A stretch of 64,000 bases of DNA from Dehalococcoidia bacterium (GTDB taxonomy: Bacteria; Chloroflexota; Dehalococcoidia; UBA6926), in contig OZ244736.1 of the NCBI GenBank assembly GCA_965219405.1, positions 1,705,443 to 1,769,442 on the forward strand. The letters run 5' to 3'. The position numbers and the translations under genes were made by a program. This document shows, in pieces, positions 1 to 9,114 of the stretch (positions within the stretch are counted from its first letter, which is position 1; every line of letters begins with the position of its first letter). The notes under the pieces are model-generated. The model was not told where the DNA came from. It did no database searches and saw only the letters and a list, made by a program, of their open reading frames with translations.

Positions 1-182
1 CGCCGGGCGCGGTACTTGAGCACTGCGATAGTCAGGAAACCCTGAACACCGATGAAAATGACAACGGCGATCCAGAATACAAAGAGGAAGAGATCCTGCT
101 GGCTCTGGGATACGTCACCCGCCGGATTCAACGTGCTCTGCGGCAACGCCAACTGGCAGCCTGAGAGGAGGACGACGGCCAT
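1..182 (-). CDS. cytochrome c oxidase subunit II, N-terminal part (gene continues beyond window start)
   Basis: The reverse-complement of 1-182 translates to MAVVLLSGCQLALPQ...DLFLFVFWIAVVIFIGVQGFLTIAVLKYRARR. This has a lipobox-like LSGC followed by the COX2-type first TM helix and basic stop-transfer. A possible GTG start lies a few codons upstream. The gene is partial. Confidence 0.5.
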   Translation of the reverse strand, partial: MAVVLLSGCQLALPQSTLNPAGDVSQSQQDLFLFVFWIAVVIFIGVQGFLTIAVLKYRAR

Positions 183-392
183 GAAAACCGTCAGCACCCC
201 GATTAGTTGAATCCCTTTCCCCATTCGGATGAGCCTGTTCAGAGCGATACCTCGACAGTTAATTTTGGCCCGTATGTTGTACCTGCACGGCATTTTGAGG
301 ATGGACAGTGCCGCGACATTGCGAGTCTATCTGTGTGCGCGAAATTGTGTCAAGCGTCACAATCGGCAAGAACTGACCCCTATAATGGCCGC

Positions 393-1070
393 ATGGACGT
401 TCGAGTGAGGCTGTTTGCGGCACTGCGCGAGGCGGTGGGCGCTTCGGAAATCAGCGTTGAGATTCCGGAGGGCGAGCCGGTCTCGCGCTTGCTGGGCGAG
501 GCGCAGCGGCAACATCCGGCGCTGGCGAACCGCTGCGACGGCGTTGTTGTCGCCATTAACCAGGAGTATGTCGATCAGTCAACCACTATCTCCGCGGGCG
601 ATGAAGTCGCGCTGATTCCGCCGGTGAGTGGGGGGGCCGTCTCCGAGGCGGAGGCCGTGCAGGTTAGAGTGACGCCTGATCCACTGGACGCCCTGAGGAT
701 CACAGAGTCGCTCAAGACTTCGTCCGACGGTGCAGTTCTTACGTTTGAGGGCATCGTGCGGGACAACAATCTGGGGCGGCACGTGTTGTTCCTTGAATAC
801 GAGGCATACCCGGAGATGGCTGAGGGCGTGTTGCAGAAGATTGGGCGGGAAACGCTCGAGGATTTCGATATTGGCAGCATCGCTTTATGGCATCGGACAG
901 GACGACTTGAGATTGGAGAGACATCCCTTGTTGTGGCCGTGGCCTCGCCGCACCGGCGCGCGGCTTTTGACGCGTGCCGGGAGGCAGTGGAAAAGGTCAA
1001 GGCACTGGCGCCGGTCTGGAAACGCGAGGTTTGGGACGGCGGTTCAGAGTGGCTACGGGGAGCGGGATAG
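393..1070 (+). CDS. molybdopterin synthase MoaD-MoaE fusion (MoaX-like)
   Basis: An 81-aa MoaD module (MDVRVRLFAALREAVG...ISAGDEVALIPPVSGG) ends in Gly-Gly. It is followed in frame by a MoaE catalytic domain (VLTFEGIVRDNN...HVLFLEYEAYPEMAE...SLVVAVASPHRRAAFDACREAVEKVKALAPVWKRE). The ORF track starts at 207, but a conserved MoaD start is at 393. Confidence 0.8.
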   Translation: MDVRVRLFAALREAVGASEISVEIPEGEPVSRLLGEAQRQHPALANRCDGVVVAINQEYVDQSTTISAGDEVALIPPVSGGAVSEAEAVQVRVTPDPLDALRITESLKTSSDGAVLTFEGIVRDNNLGRHVLFLEYEAYPEMAEGVLQKIGRETLEDFDIGSIALWHRTGRLEIGETSLVVAVASPHRRAAFDACREAVEKVKALAPVWKREVWDGGSEWLRGAG

Positions 1071-1490
1071 GGTCTCGTCCTCATCATCACTACCCGCCTT
1101 ATATAGAACCGAGGCGACTTCCCGAATACGGGTCAGGCTGGCAGACGCGTAATCAGTGGCCTCATACCGTTGAATCTGCTGTTCCTTGACATGCAGCTTT
1201 TGGGCCAGGTCCTTTTGACTTAGGCCGCGAGAAATGCGGGCCTTTATCAGGACATCCGGCAACTGAGAGATGACGTCTAGCTGAACAGGCTCGAAATGGC
1301 CAGCTTTCAAGGATTCATATTCCTGCAGTTGATCCTCCAGGTCAGCCACCTGGCTACGAATGGCATCTTCCTGCGCCTTGGCAATAAGGGGGTGGGCCGC
1401 AGCGGGGTTCTGCTTGAGGTTTTCAAGCGTCCTGGCAAATCCCTCCACCTGCGCCTTTGTGATTCTGTATTGCCGTTCATTCTTAATCAT
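1053..1490 (-). CDS. XRE-family helix-turn-helix protein, putative antitoxin/regulator of the upstream nucleotidyltransferase-fold gene
   Basis: HTH_XRE signature RISRGLSQKDLAQKLHVKEQQIQRYE in the C-terminal half, with a coiled N-terminal region. The ATG at 1490 overlaps the stop of the upstream gene by 4 nt (ATGA). The ORF track gives a longer alternative to 1574. Confidence 0.6.
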   Translation of the reverse strand: MIKNERQYRITKAQVEGFARTLENLKQNPAAAHPLIAKAQEDAIRSQVADLEDQLQEYESLKAGHFEPVQLDVISQLPDVLIKARISRGLSQKDLAQKLHVKEQQIQRYEATDYASASLTRIREVASVLYKAGSDDEDETLSRSP

Positions 1491-1927
1491 TCCAAGCCTC
1501 CCAAATCTATGGCCACAATTCCCTTGCGCCTTCCGGTTTCCCTGTCTGTCTGAAAGAAATCCAAGAAAGACCAACCACCCAAATTGGCAACCGTGGTTGA
1601 TGGAAACATCTCACCCATGTACTTCGCCTTCTGCGCTGCCCGTTCCCTATCAAACGTCAGGAGCACCGGGTCTAGAAGCTCCGGATCAACGCCGGTTTCG
1701 TCCCAGCAGGCATCGAAATCATTGGGCTCCTTCTTAGAGGTGACGAAACTTCCGTTGAGCCACACAGTCCTGCATCCGGCTGCCTTGAGGATCCGGAGCG
1801 CAGCCCACAGCCCCACCAGCAGCATCCGCCTGTGCATGTTGTAGCCATAGCGACCCGCCAGTTCCTCCCAGTTGCTCCAGTGAACCCCCTCGGGTAGGAG
1901 TCCGCTCGCATCCAACTCAGGCAACAT
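1487..1927 (-). CDS. minimal nucleotidyltransferase-fold protein (pol-beta superfamily GS..DxD motif), putative toxin/effector
   Basis: WLNGSFVTSKKEPNDFDACWDE fits the hG[GS]-x9-13-DhD nucleotidyltransferase signature, with further acidic residues downstream. The protein is 146 aa and translationally coupled to the XRE gene. Confidence 0.55.
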   Translation of the reverse strand: MLPELDASGLLPEGVHWSNWEELAGRYGYNMHRRMLLVGLWAALRILKAAGCRTVWLNGSFVTSKKEPNDFDACWDETGVDPELLDPVLLTFDRERAAQKAKYMGEMFPSTTVANLGGWSFLDFFQTDRETGRRKGIVAIDLGGLE

Positions 1928-1936
1928 TACACAACA

Positions 1937-1965
1937 ATATTATTGTGTTGATGGAAGAGTGTCAA
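1937..1965 (-). promoter_or_regulatory. sigma70-like promoter (TTGACA-17-TAATAT) with overlapping imperfect palindrome (1928-1950) directly upstream of the NTase-XRE module
   Basis: Minus-strand read: cTTGACActcttccatcaacacaaTAATATtgttgtgtaATG. It has a -35 hexamer, a 17-nt spacer, a -10 hexamer and a near-leaderless start. The dyad CACAACAATAT/TATTGTGTTG spans -10 to the start codon, suggesting an autoregulatory operator. Confidence 0.4.
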
Positions 1966-1989
1966 GGACGGATGAGACGGCAGCTTTGA

Positions 1990-3759
1990 CTAGACGAGTC
2001 TCTTCGTCATGGTCACGTGCTCAATGCCGGCTTCCATGAACGTCTCACCGTGTTCGGCATAGCCCGCCTGTGCGTAGAAGCCCTTGACGTAGGTCTGGGC
2101 ATGGAGGAGGACCTGCACAAAGCCGCGTTCGCGGGCCGCATTCTCTAGCGTCGCCAGAATCCGGTCGCCTATTGCCCGCCGCCTGAGGTCCTGCCGGACG
2201 GCCATGCGGCCAATGCGGCACGTTTCCTCGTCCTCATCCGTTAGCAGACGACCCGTGCCGACAACCACATTCCCGATAAACGCAACAGCGTGGACGGCAT
2301 GTCCATCCCGCCCGTCCCACTCCTCATCGGGGTCCACATTCTGCTCATCGATGAAGACGACGCGGCGGAGGGCAAAAATCGCCTCCATGTCGTCTGTTTG
2401 GGCGATGCGGACCACCACGTCCGCCTCATCATCCGCAGTAGCTCCCTGCCCCATCTGATCCGCGTTGATGATCTCACGAGCAGCCTGCATGAGCACCGCA
2501 CGCCGCCCTGTGGCAACTGATGACTTGTCCATATAAAGGCCAAGGGCTTGTTCAGGCTCAAGCGACTCAATTGCCATGCCGCGGTCAAGGCGGGTTCGCG
2601 TTCTATCCGGCGTGTCGATTTGAACCGTAATGCCTGAGACGACGTGCGCGCCAGCTTGCCGCAGTGCGTTGCGAATGCGGACACGGTCCACTTCGCCCGC
2701 GAGTTCGGCGGGAGCCTGGATTTCCACGCGGGTTACGGCATCACGCACGTCTGCAGCCGCAAGGCGGGTGGCAATCGTTCCCATCACGTCCTGCTCGCCT
2801 GCGTGGACGGCGATCTTGATTGTCTTGAACGGGCGAGTCCACACGGGGTGGAATGACCATGCGGCGGCGCGGCGGCCGGGGGGGAGAGCTGGATCAAGGT
2901 CCACGACGCAGAATCCCTTGCCGTCATTCTCCTCGGAGAAATCAACGCGATGGATGCTCCCGGAATAGACAACGGGCGGGGCGTCTGCAATCAGTTGGTG
3001 GCGGTGGATGTGGCCCAGGGCGGCGTAGTCGATGGGGTGCGTTTGGAACGCGCTGGGCAGCAGCAAGTAGTCGTTGCCCATCATCATGCTGCGTTCGTGG
3101 CCGATGGTGGCTGTGGTGGCGGTGGCGTGGGCAGAGAGGATGGACGGCACGTTTGGGTCAAGTTCTCCGGCCATGCGGTTGATTTCATTGCTGAGGAAAC
3201 TCTGCATCCACTCGTTAACCTCAGCGGCGCTCTTTCCGTGCAGTTCTGCGCGCGTGACAGCGGAACTGCGGCGCAGCCACGGAACGGCAACAATCTGGAC
3301 GGGGCCGGCCGCGGTTTCAATGCGGTGGACGGCGAGGCGAGATGCAACTGTGACGTTATCGACGGCGAGCGCGTCAAAGATGTCCAGCGCAGTCGCCCTG
3401 CCCCCCGTATTGGGCACGTCATGGTTTCCGGTGAGGAGAAAGACGGGGATTCCGGCGAGGGCGAGGCGGCTGATGCGGCGGGCGAATTCTCGCTGGTGGG
3501 TCTGGGAGGGATCACGGGAGCGATAAGCGTCTCCGGAAAAGACAACGAGATCGGCGCGGGGCTCGGTCAGCGCGAAGTTGACGAGTTCATCGAGGGCACG
3601 GAGGGCATCAATGAGGCGAGACGGCATCCCGGTGTAGGTGGCGGCGCGATTGACGCCCGGAGCGAACGATTCCGGCAGCGTGTTGAGTTCGTCTGAGGTG
3701 ACGGGGCGACTGTGGGTCTCAACACCGACGTGGGCGTCGGCAAAGTGGATGATTCGCAT
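1990..3759 (-). CDS. SbcD/Mre11-type metallophosphoesterase nuclease fused to a C-terminal GNAT N-acetyltransferase domain
   Basis: The N-terminus has calcineurin-like motifs: MRIIHFADAHVG, VVFSGDAYRSRDP, LLTGNHD, SAHATA, GHIH. The last ~150 aa form a GNAT domain (VVRIAQTDDMEAIFALRRVVFIDEQ...RIGRMAVRQDLRRRAIGDRILATLENAARERGF...YAQAGY). No sbcC is adjacent. Confidence 0.7.
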   Translation of the reverse strand: MRIIHFADAHVGVETHSRPVTSDELNTLPESFAPGVNRAATYTGMPSRLIDALRALDELVNFALTEPRADLVVFSGDAYRSRDPSQTHQREFARRISRLALAGIPVFLLTGNHDVPNTGGRATALDIFDALAVDNVTVASRLAVHRIETAAGPVQIVAVPWLRRSSAVTRAELHGKSAAEVNEWMQSFLSNEINRMAGELDPNVPSILSAHATATTATIGHERSMMMGNDYLLLPSAFQTHPIDYAALGHIHRHQLIADAPPVVYSGSIHRVDFSEENDGKGFCVVDLDPALPPGRRAAAWSFHPVWTRPFKTIKIAVHAGEQDVMGTIATRLAAADVRDAVTRVEIQAPAELAGEVDRVRIRNALRQAGAHVVSGITVQIDTPDRTRTRLDRGMAIESLEPEQALGLYMDKSSVATGRRAVLMQAAREIINADQMGQGATADDEADVVVRIAQTDDMEAIFALRRVVFIDEQNVDPDEEWDGRDGHAVHAVAFIGNVVVGTGRLLTDEDEETCRIGRMAVRQDLRRRAIGDRILATLENAARERGFVQVLLHAQTYVKGFYAQAGYAEHGETFMEAGIEHVTMTKRLV

Positions 3760-3797
3760 GAGTAGTGGGAAAGAGCCCGCAGTAGCGCCGTGTTGCC

Positions 3798-5093
<1,296 letters not shown>

Positions 5094-5239
5094 ATCAGTC
5101 AGCGTCGGCTCAATGGTCACGTGGCGAGGCCTCCAACGGAATCTGGGCAATACTGCGCGGCGAGCGGCGCTGGGAGTGCCAGCGACGCTCAGCTATAAGG
5201 ATACAGGAGGGAGGGTGATGACAGGGGGATGTGGACCCG

Positions 5240-6061
5240 TCAACTACTTAGCACCGGTTGGATAATCCCATACCGGTCCGCCGCCAATCCAACCGTCTCC
5301 TGAATTAAATCGACGGGAATCACTGTGGCAAGTCCAGAGTTCTCCTGGACGATTAGCCTGGGCGTTCCGGTCTGCTCACTCAGAGCTACGTCAACGAACG
5401 GCTGATAGGCAGCCACAACGCCAATCAACTTGGGATCCTGGCGCGTTTGGCCATACGAGAACATGGTTGGCTTGAGAATGACCGGGCCTCCGCTATTTCC
5501 CGGAAAGACAAACGAATCTATCAGGAATTCCTTGGAGCGACGCTCATAACAGTCTTGAATCCGGGCAATAACTCCCTGGCGCACGATCACGTAGTTCTGT
5601 TCAGCGCCGGCCAGTCCAAGCGGGAAGCCGAGCACAAATACTTCGTCTCCCTCAGAGACGGAACCGCTCTTCATAGACTCCAGGCGTTCCGTCTGTCCGT
5701 TTCCCGTGAAGAATGCCATCTTTACATCTTCAAGGGCTTGCCCAAGTGAGTCTATTAGCAGAACAGCAACATCTACATCCGGGTCAGTATGAAAGATCCA
5801 GTGATCGTTTGGTCCGCCATCATTCGGAGGCAACGGCAGTATCTTGGGAGCAGTCCCGGCAAGCGCATTGAAACGTATTTGCGGGCTGCGTATCCCCTTC
5901 ACAACGTGCCGATTAGTGACCAGGTAAACGTAGTATCGGCCCTGATTCCCCGAAGGCTGCCCATACAAGAAGCCGGAGGCAGCGTACCGTATGTTTCCGT
6001 CTTTGTCCGGCGTGCCTAGCGCGACGACTTTATCCAGGAATGCAGGCGGGATCAAGGACAT
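5240..6061 (-). CDS. cytoplasmic trypsin-like (S1/chymotrypsin fold) serine peptidase
   Basis: The catalytic triad context is present: LVTNRHVV (His), DVDVAVLLID (Asp), GNSGGPV (Ser). There is no signal peptide or TM segment. Confidence 0.7.
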   Translation of the reverse strand: MSLIPPAFLDKVVALGTPDKDGNIRYAASGFLYGQPSGNQGRYYVYLVTNRHVVKGIRSPQIRFNALAGTAPKILPLPPNDGGPNDHWIFHTDPDVDVAVLLIDSLGQALEDVKMAFFTGNGQTERLESMKSGSVSEGDEVFVLGFPLGLAGAEQNYVIVRQGVIARIQDCYERRSKEFLIDSFVFPGNSGGPVILKPTMFSYGQTRQDPKLIGVVAAYQPFVDVALSEQTGTPRLIVQENSGLATVIPVDLIQETVGLAADRYGIIQPVLSS

Positions 6062-6302
6062 TCTGGTTTCTCCTCACGGATCCGAGGCAGGTATTTCTAC
6101 TATCAATTATCGCAAGAGGTAGCAAGAGTTCTCCTGATTGCGGAATCGCGGTGAAGGCATGCTTTCGGCAGAAGGAGGGGAGTGCGGTACGAGGTTGGGC
6201 TGCGCAATGCGTATCAGATTCCCGCATTCGCGGGAATGTCGGTGATGGGGGCGGGAATGAGGGAGTGACCCTTCGACTGTGCTCAGGGTGAACGGGCGGA
6301 GG

Positions 6303-6659
6303 TTAGTCCAGGCCGCGTTTGTCGAGGATCTTGTCGACTTCGCCTTCGCGGGCCTGGCCGATCATTTCCTTGACGCGGTCAGGCATCTCGATGCCCGCCT
6401 CGTCCATGCGCTTCTCAGCCCATCGCCCGATGTTTGACGGGTCACGCCAGTAGTCGTGGCCGGGGGCGTCGGGATCACCGGAGGCCTCGTGTCGAGAGGC
6501 GGTGGAGCGGACGTATGCGGCGCGGGACATAACCTTCTCGGTCTTGTTGGAGCCGCAGTGGGCGCATTCCTGCTCCGTCGGCAACTCTTCCGGCATGACC
6601 TTATAGAAGGTGCTGGAGCGTTTGCCACATTCGTTGCACGTGAATTCGTATATGGGCAT
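6303..6659 (-). CDS. FmdB-family zinc-ribbon protein
   Basis: MPIYEFTCNECG...CAHCGS gives the CxxC...CxxC FmdB signature. Confidence 0.75.
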   Translation of the reverse strand: MPIYEFTCNECGKRSSTFYKVMPEELPTEQECAHCGSNKTEKVMSRAAYVRSTASRHEASGDPDAPGHDYWRDPSNIGRWAEKRMDEAGIEMPDRVKEMIGQAREGEVDKILDKRGLD

Positions 6660-6697
6660 CGTGTCACCGCCCTCCCTGCCGCGACTCTGCGCCTCGG

Positions 6698-6961
6698 CTA
6701 GTAAAGTCCGTCATCGAAGTAGCCGTCATCCATCCCATCGTAATCGTCATCGCTCGGCGCGTCATCAAACGCGGAGAGGCGGTCATAGTCTCGGTATAGG
6801 TCCTGCCTCGAACGAACGACGGCGACGCGGGAGATCTTGCGCCTTAGGGATGTTCCCCCGCAGTTGCGGCAGGTGGGGTCACCGATGGGCGCGGAGACGG
6901 AGCGCGTGAAAACGCTCGTGTCGCGACCGCATTCCTCGCATTTGAATTCATAGATTGGCAT
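6698..6961 (-). CDS. FmdB-family zinc-ribbon protein (second tandem paralogue, acidic tail)
   Basis: MPIYEFKCEECG...CRNCGG, with a D/Y-rich C-terminus. Confidence 0.75.
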   Translation of the reverse strand: MPIYEFKCEECGRDTSVFTRSVSAPIGDPTCRNCGGTSLRRKISRVAVVRSRQDLYRDYDRLSAFDDAPSDDDYDGMDDGYFDDGLY

Positions 6962-7049
6962 GGCTTGGTCAGTCTAACAGAGGGGGCGGACCGCTCATAT
7001 CCTTCGACAGGCTCAGGATGAGCGGGAAGGGGTGGGAATGGGGGAGTCC

Positions 7050-7454
7050 CTAACGCGTGTCCTGGATGGCGTTTTTGTGCCAGGTGAGCCGCATGACCCT
7101 GCCCCGCCGGTCAAAGACGACGGCGACGACATCAATACGTGTGTGCTCAGGCAAACTTTCGGCTTCGTGATCCTGTCGATACGTTTCGATGAGGCGGGCG
7201 AGGCGATTGGCCTTGGCGGCAGTGACGGACTCCTCCGGGGTACCAACGTTGGGTGTCGAGCGGCTGCGCACTTCAACAGCCACAAGCGTCTCGTCGATGA
7301 CACCAACGATATCAAGCTCTCCGGCACGGTAGCGGACGTTCTCCGCGAGAGTGTGAAAACCCTCGGATTCAAGGCGTCGGCGGGCAAGGCTTTGGGCGTG
7401 CAGCCCGCGCCTGGAACGGGTGGTTGGGCCTGTTTGTTGATCCTTGTTCTGCAC
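7050..7454 (-). CDS. yraN: YraN-family (UPF0102) PD-(D/E)xK endonuclease
   Basis: ARRRLESEGFHTLAENVRYRAGELDIVGV...VAVEVRSRS matches the YraN pattern. Confidence 0.65.
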   Translation of the reverse strand: MQNKDQQTGPTTRSRRGLHAQSLARRRLESEGFHTLAENVRYRAGELDIVGVIDETLVAVEVRSRSTPNVGTPEESVTAAKANRLARLIETYRQDHEAESLPEHTRIDVVAVVFDRRGRVMRLTWHKNAIQDTR

Positions 7455-7500
7455 GGCTGAGTCCTATGCGTATCCCTTATACTAATGTGGCCATAGTGCC

Positions 7501-8844
7501 TTGTTCGGCCAGGAGGAAATATTGGGCGAAGATTTTACCCATTCGGCTGTGATTCTCGCCATGCAGCTGGGCATTATCCTTGTGGCCGCCAAGCTTGCGG
7601 GCGAGTTTACAGAGCGCATTCTGCGGCAGCCGGCGGTCATTGGGGAGCTGGTAGCGGGCATCATCATCGGCACGGTGGCGATTCATGGGTTTGAGCCGCT
7701 CGGCTATGAGCCCATCGGGCTTTTTGAAGAGCTATTTGAGCCGCCGGAGGAGGGGGCGGTCATTCCCGTCCCGAAGACGCTGTTTGTATTCGGGCAGGTG
7801 GCGGCCATCATCCTGCTGCTCGAAACAGGACTGAATACCAATCTCAAGGCGTTCCTGCGGTTTGTGCCGCAGGCGAGCGTGGTTGCCATCGGCGGCGTGG
7901 TTGTGCCCTTTGCCCTGGGGGCATACGCGACTGTCTTGTTCGGATTTGCCGACTCTTTCTTTTCAGCCCCCGCCCTGTTTGTGGGAACTATCATGACCGC
8001 GACGTCCGTGGGCATCACGGCCCGCGTGTTGGCTGACTTACTACGTTTGGACTCGCCGGAGGGTGTAACGATTCTGGGCGCAGCCGTTGTGGATGACGTG
8101 CTCGGAATTCTGATTTTGACAGTTGTTGTAGGAGTGACGGCAGGCGAGTCTGTCGGGGCGGCTACGGAGGCGGCCTCGTTCGAATGGACCGAGGTGGCCG
8201 TGGTAGGCGCCAAGGCCATCGGCTTCTGGCTCGTGCTCACTGTGGGTGGGATATTGGGCGCGAAGTACATCGTCCGCGCAATCAACAGCATTCGTGTGGA
8301 GGGCGCGGCGATTGCAATCGTATTCGGCATCGGGCTGTTTGCAGCGGCGTTGGCGGAGATGTTCGGGCTGGCAATGATCATCGGCGCATATTCCGTGGGG
8401 TTGGCATTGTCTCAGACAGAGCTCCGCAATCAACTCCATCAGCCCCTGAACGGTCTATATCATGCGATGGTGCCAATTTTCTTCGTGGTGATGGGCACGA
8501 TGGTCGACATTCAGGCCATGGTTGATGCTCTCGGATTCGGGCTGGTCATCGTCGTGTTGGCGATTATCGGCAAGGTGGCGGGATCAGGACTGCCGGCGTT
8601 GGCGGCGGGGTTCAGCCGTATCGGAGCGTGGCGCGTGGGCGTGGGAATGACGCCGCGCGGCGAGGTAGGCCTGATTGTGGCAGGCATCGGCGTGTCACAG
8701 GGCCTGATTGGGCAGGATCTTTTTGGCGTCGCGATCCTGATGACAATTGCGACTACGCTTATCGCACCCGCCGTGCTGGTGCCTGCGTTCCGCAACAACG
8801 CCCCGGGCCTGCGCAAGGAGCAGGCGATGGAGAGCCAGGTTTAG
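7501..8844 (+). CDS. monovalent cation:proton antiporter (CPA family, NhaP/Kef-like)
   Basis: Twelve-TM-like hydrophobic profile. It includes QPAVIGELVAGIIIG and the GMTPRGEVGLIVAGIG motif typical of CPA exchangers. The start is uncertain; alternatives lie near 7561. Confidence 0.7.
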   Translation: MFGQEEILGEDFTHSAVILAMQLGIILVAAKLAGEFTERILRQPAVIGELVAGIIIGTVAIHGFEPLGYEPIGLFEELFEPPEEGAVIPVPKTLFVFGQVAAIILLLETGLNTNLKAFLRFVPQASVVAIGGVVVPFALGAYATVLFGFADSFFSAPALFVGTIMTATSVGITARVLADLLRLDSPEGVTILGAAVVDDVLGILILTVVVGVTAGESVGAATEAASFEWTEVAVVGAKAIGFWLVLTVGGILGAKYIVRAINSIRVEGAAIAIVFGIGLFAAALAEMFGLAMIIGAYSVGLALSQTELRNQLHQPLNGLYHAMVPIFFVVMGTMVDIQAMVDALGFGLVIVVLAIIGKVAGSGLPALAAGFSRIGAWRVGVGMTPRGEVGLIVAGIGVSQGLIGQDLFGVAILMTIATTLIAPAVLVPAFRNNAPGLRKEQAMESQV

Positions 8845-8890
8845 CGAACTGAGCGGAGTATGATGGAGGGGCGTCCCACCACGTAATCAT

Positions 8891-8962
8891 GCCCCTGTAG
8901 CTCAGCGGATAGAGCACCAGCCTCCGGAGCTGGTGGCCCGGGTTCGAGTCCCGGCAGGGGTA
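8891..8962 (+). tRNA. tRNA-Arg (anticodon CCG)
   Basis: Cloverleaf: acceptor GCCCCTG/CAGGGGT, D-arm GCTC-AGCGGATA-GAGC, anticodon stem CCAGC/GCTGG with loop CU-CCG-GA, T-arm CCGGG-TTCGAGT-CCCGG, discriminator A. No CCA is encoded. Confidence 0.85.
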
Positions 8963-9114
8963 TTTTTGTGCTCCGTTTTGGGATTAGGGCGCCCTCGTTC
9001 AATCAGTTTGGCTACACCATTCCTTGTCCATTGATTTAGTGCCTCAGTGGAACTCACTCATGTGGCAGGCCCCTACCCTTGCCCAAGACCCTGTGGTATG
9101 CGAGACTCCCCACC

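Noticed and set aside
207-392. N-terminal 62-aa extension of the MoaD-MoaE ORF
   Set aside because: MoaD homology begins exactly at the internal Met (393). The extension is unconserved and overlaps the divergent coxB promoter region.
2950-3696. 248-aa plus-strand ORF
   Set aside because: It lies antisense inside the well-supported SbcD-GNAT gene. It is Gly/Ala/Val-rich, as is typical of GC-rich antisense frames.
7704-8381. 225-aa minus-strand ORF
   Set aside because: Antisense to the CPA antiporter gene.
8963-9114. Possible SAM/cobalamin riboswitch upstream of the MetE-like gene
   Set aside because: No recognisable riboswitch consensus helices could be found in the 150-nt leader by eye.
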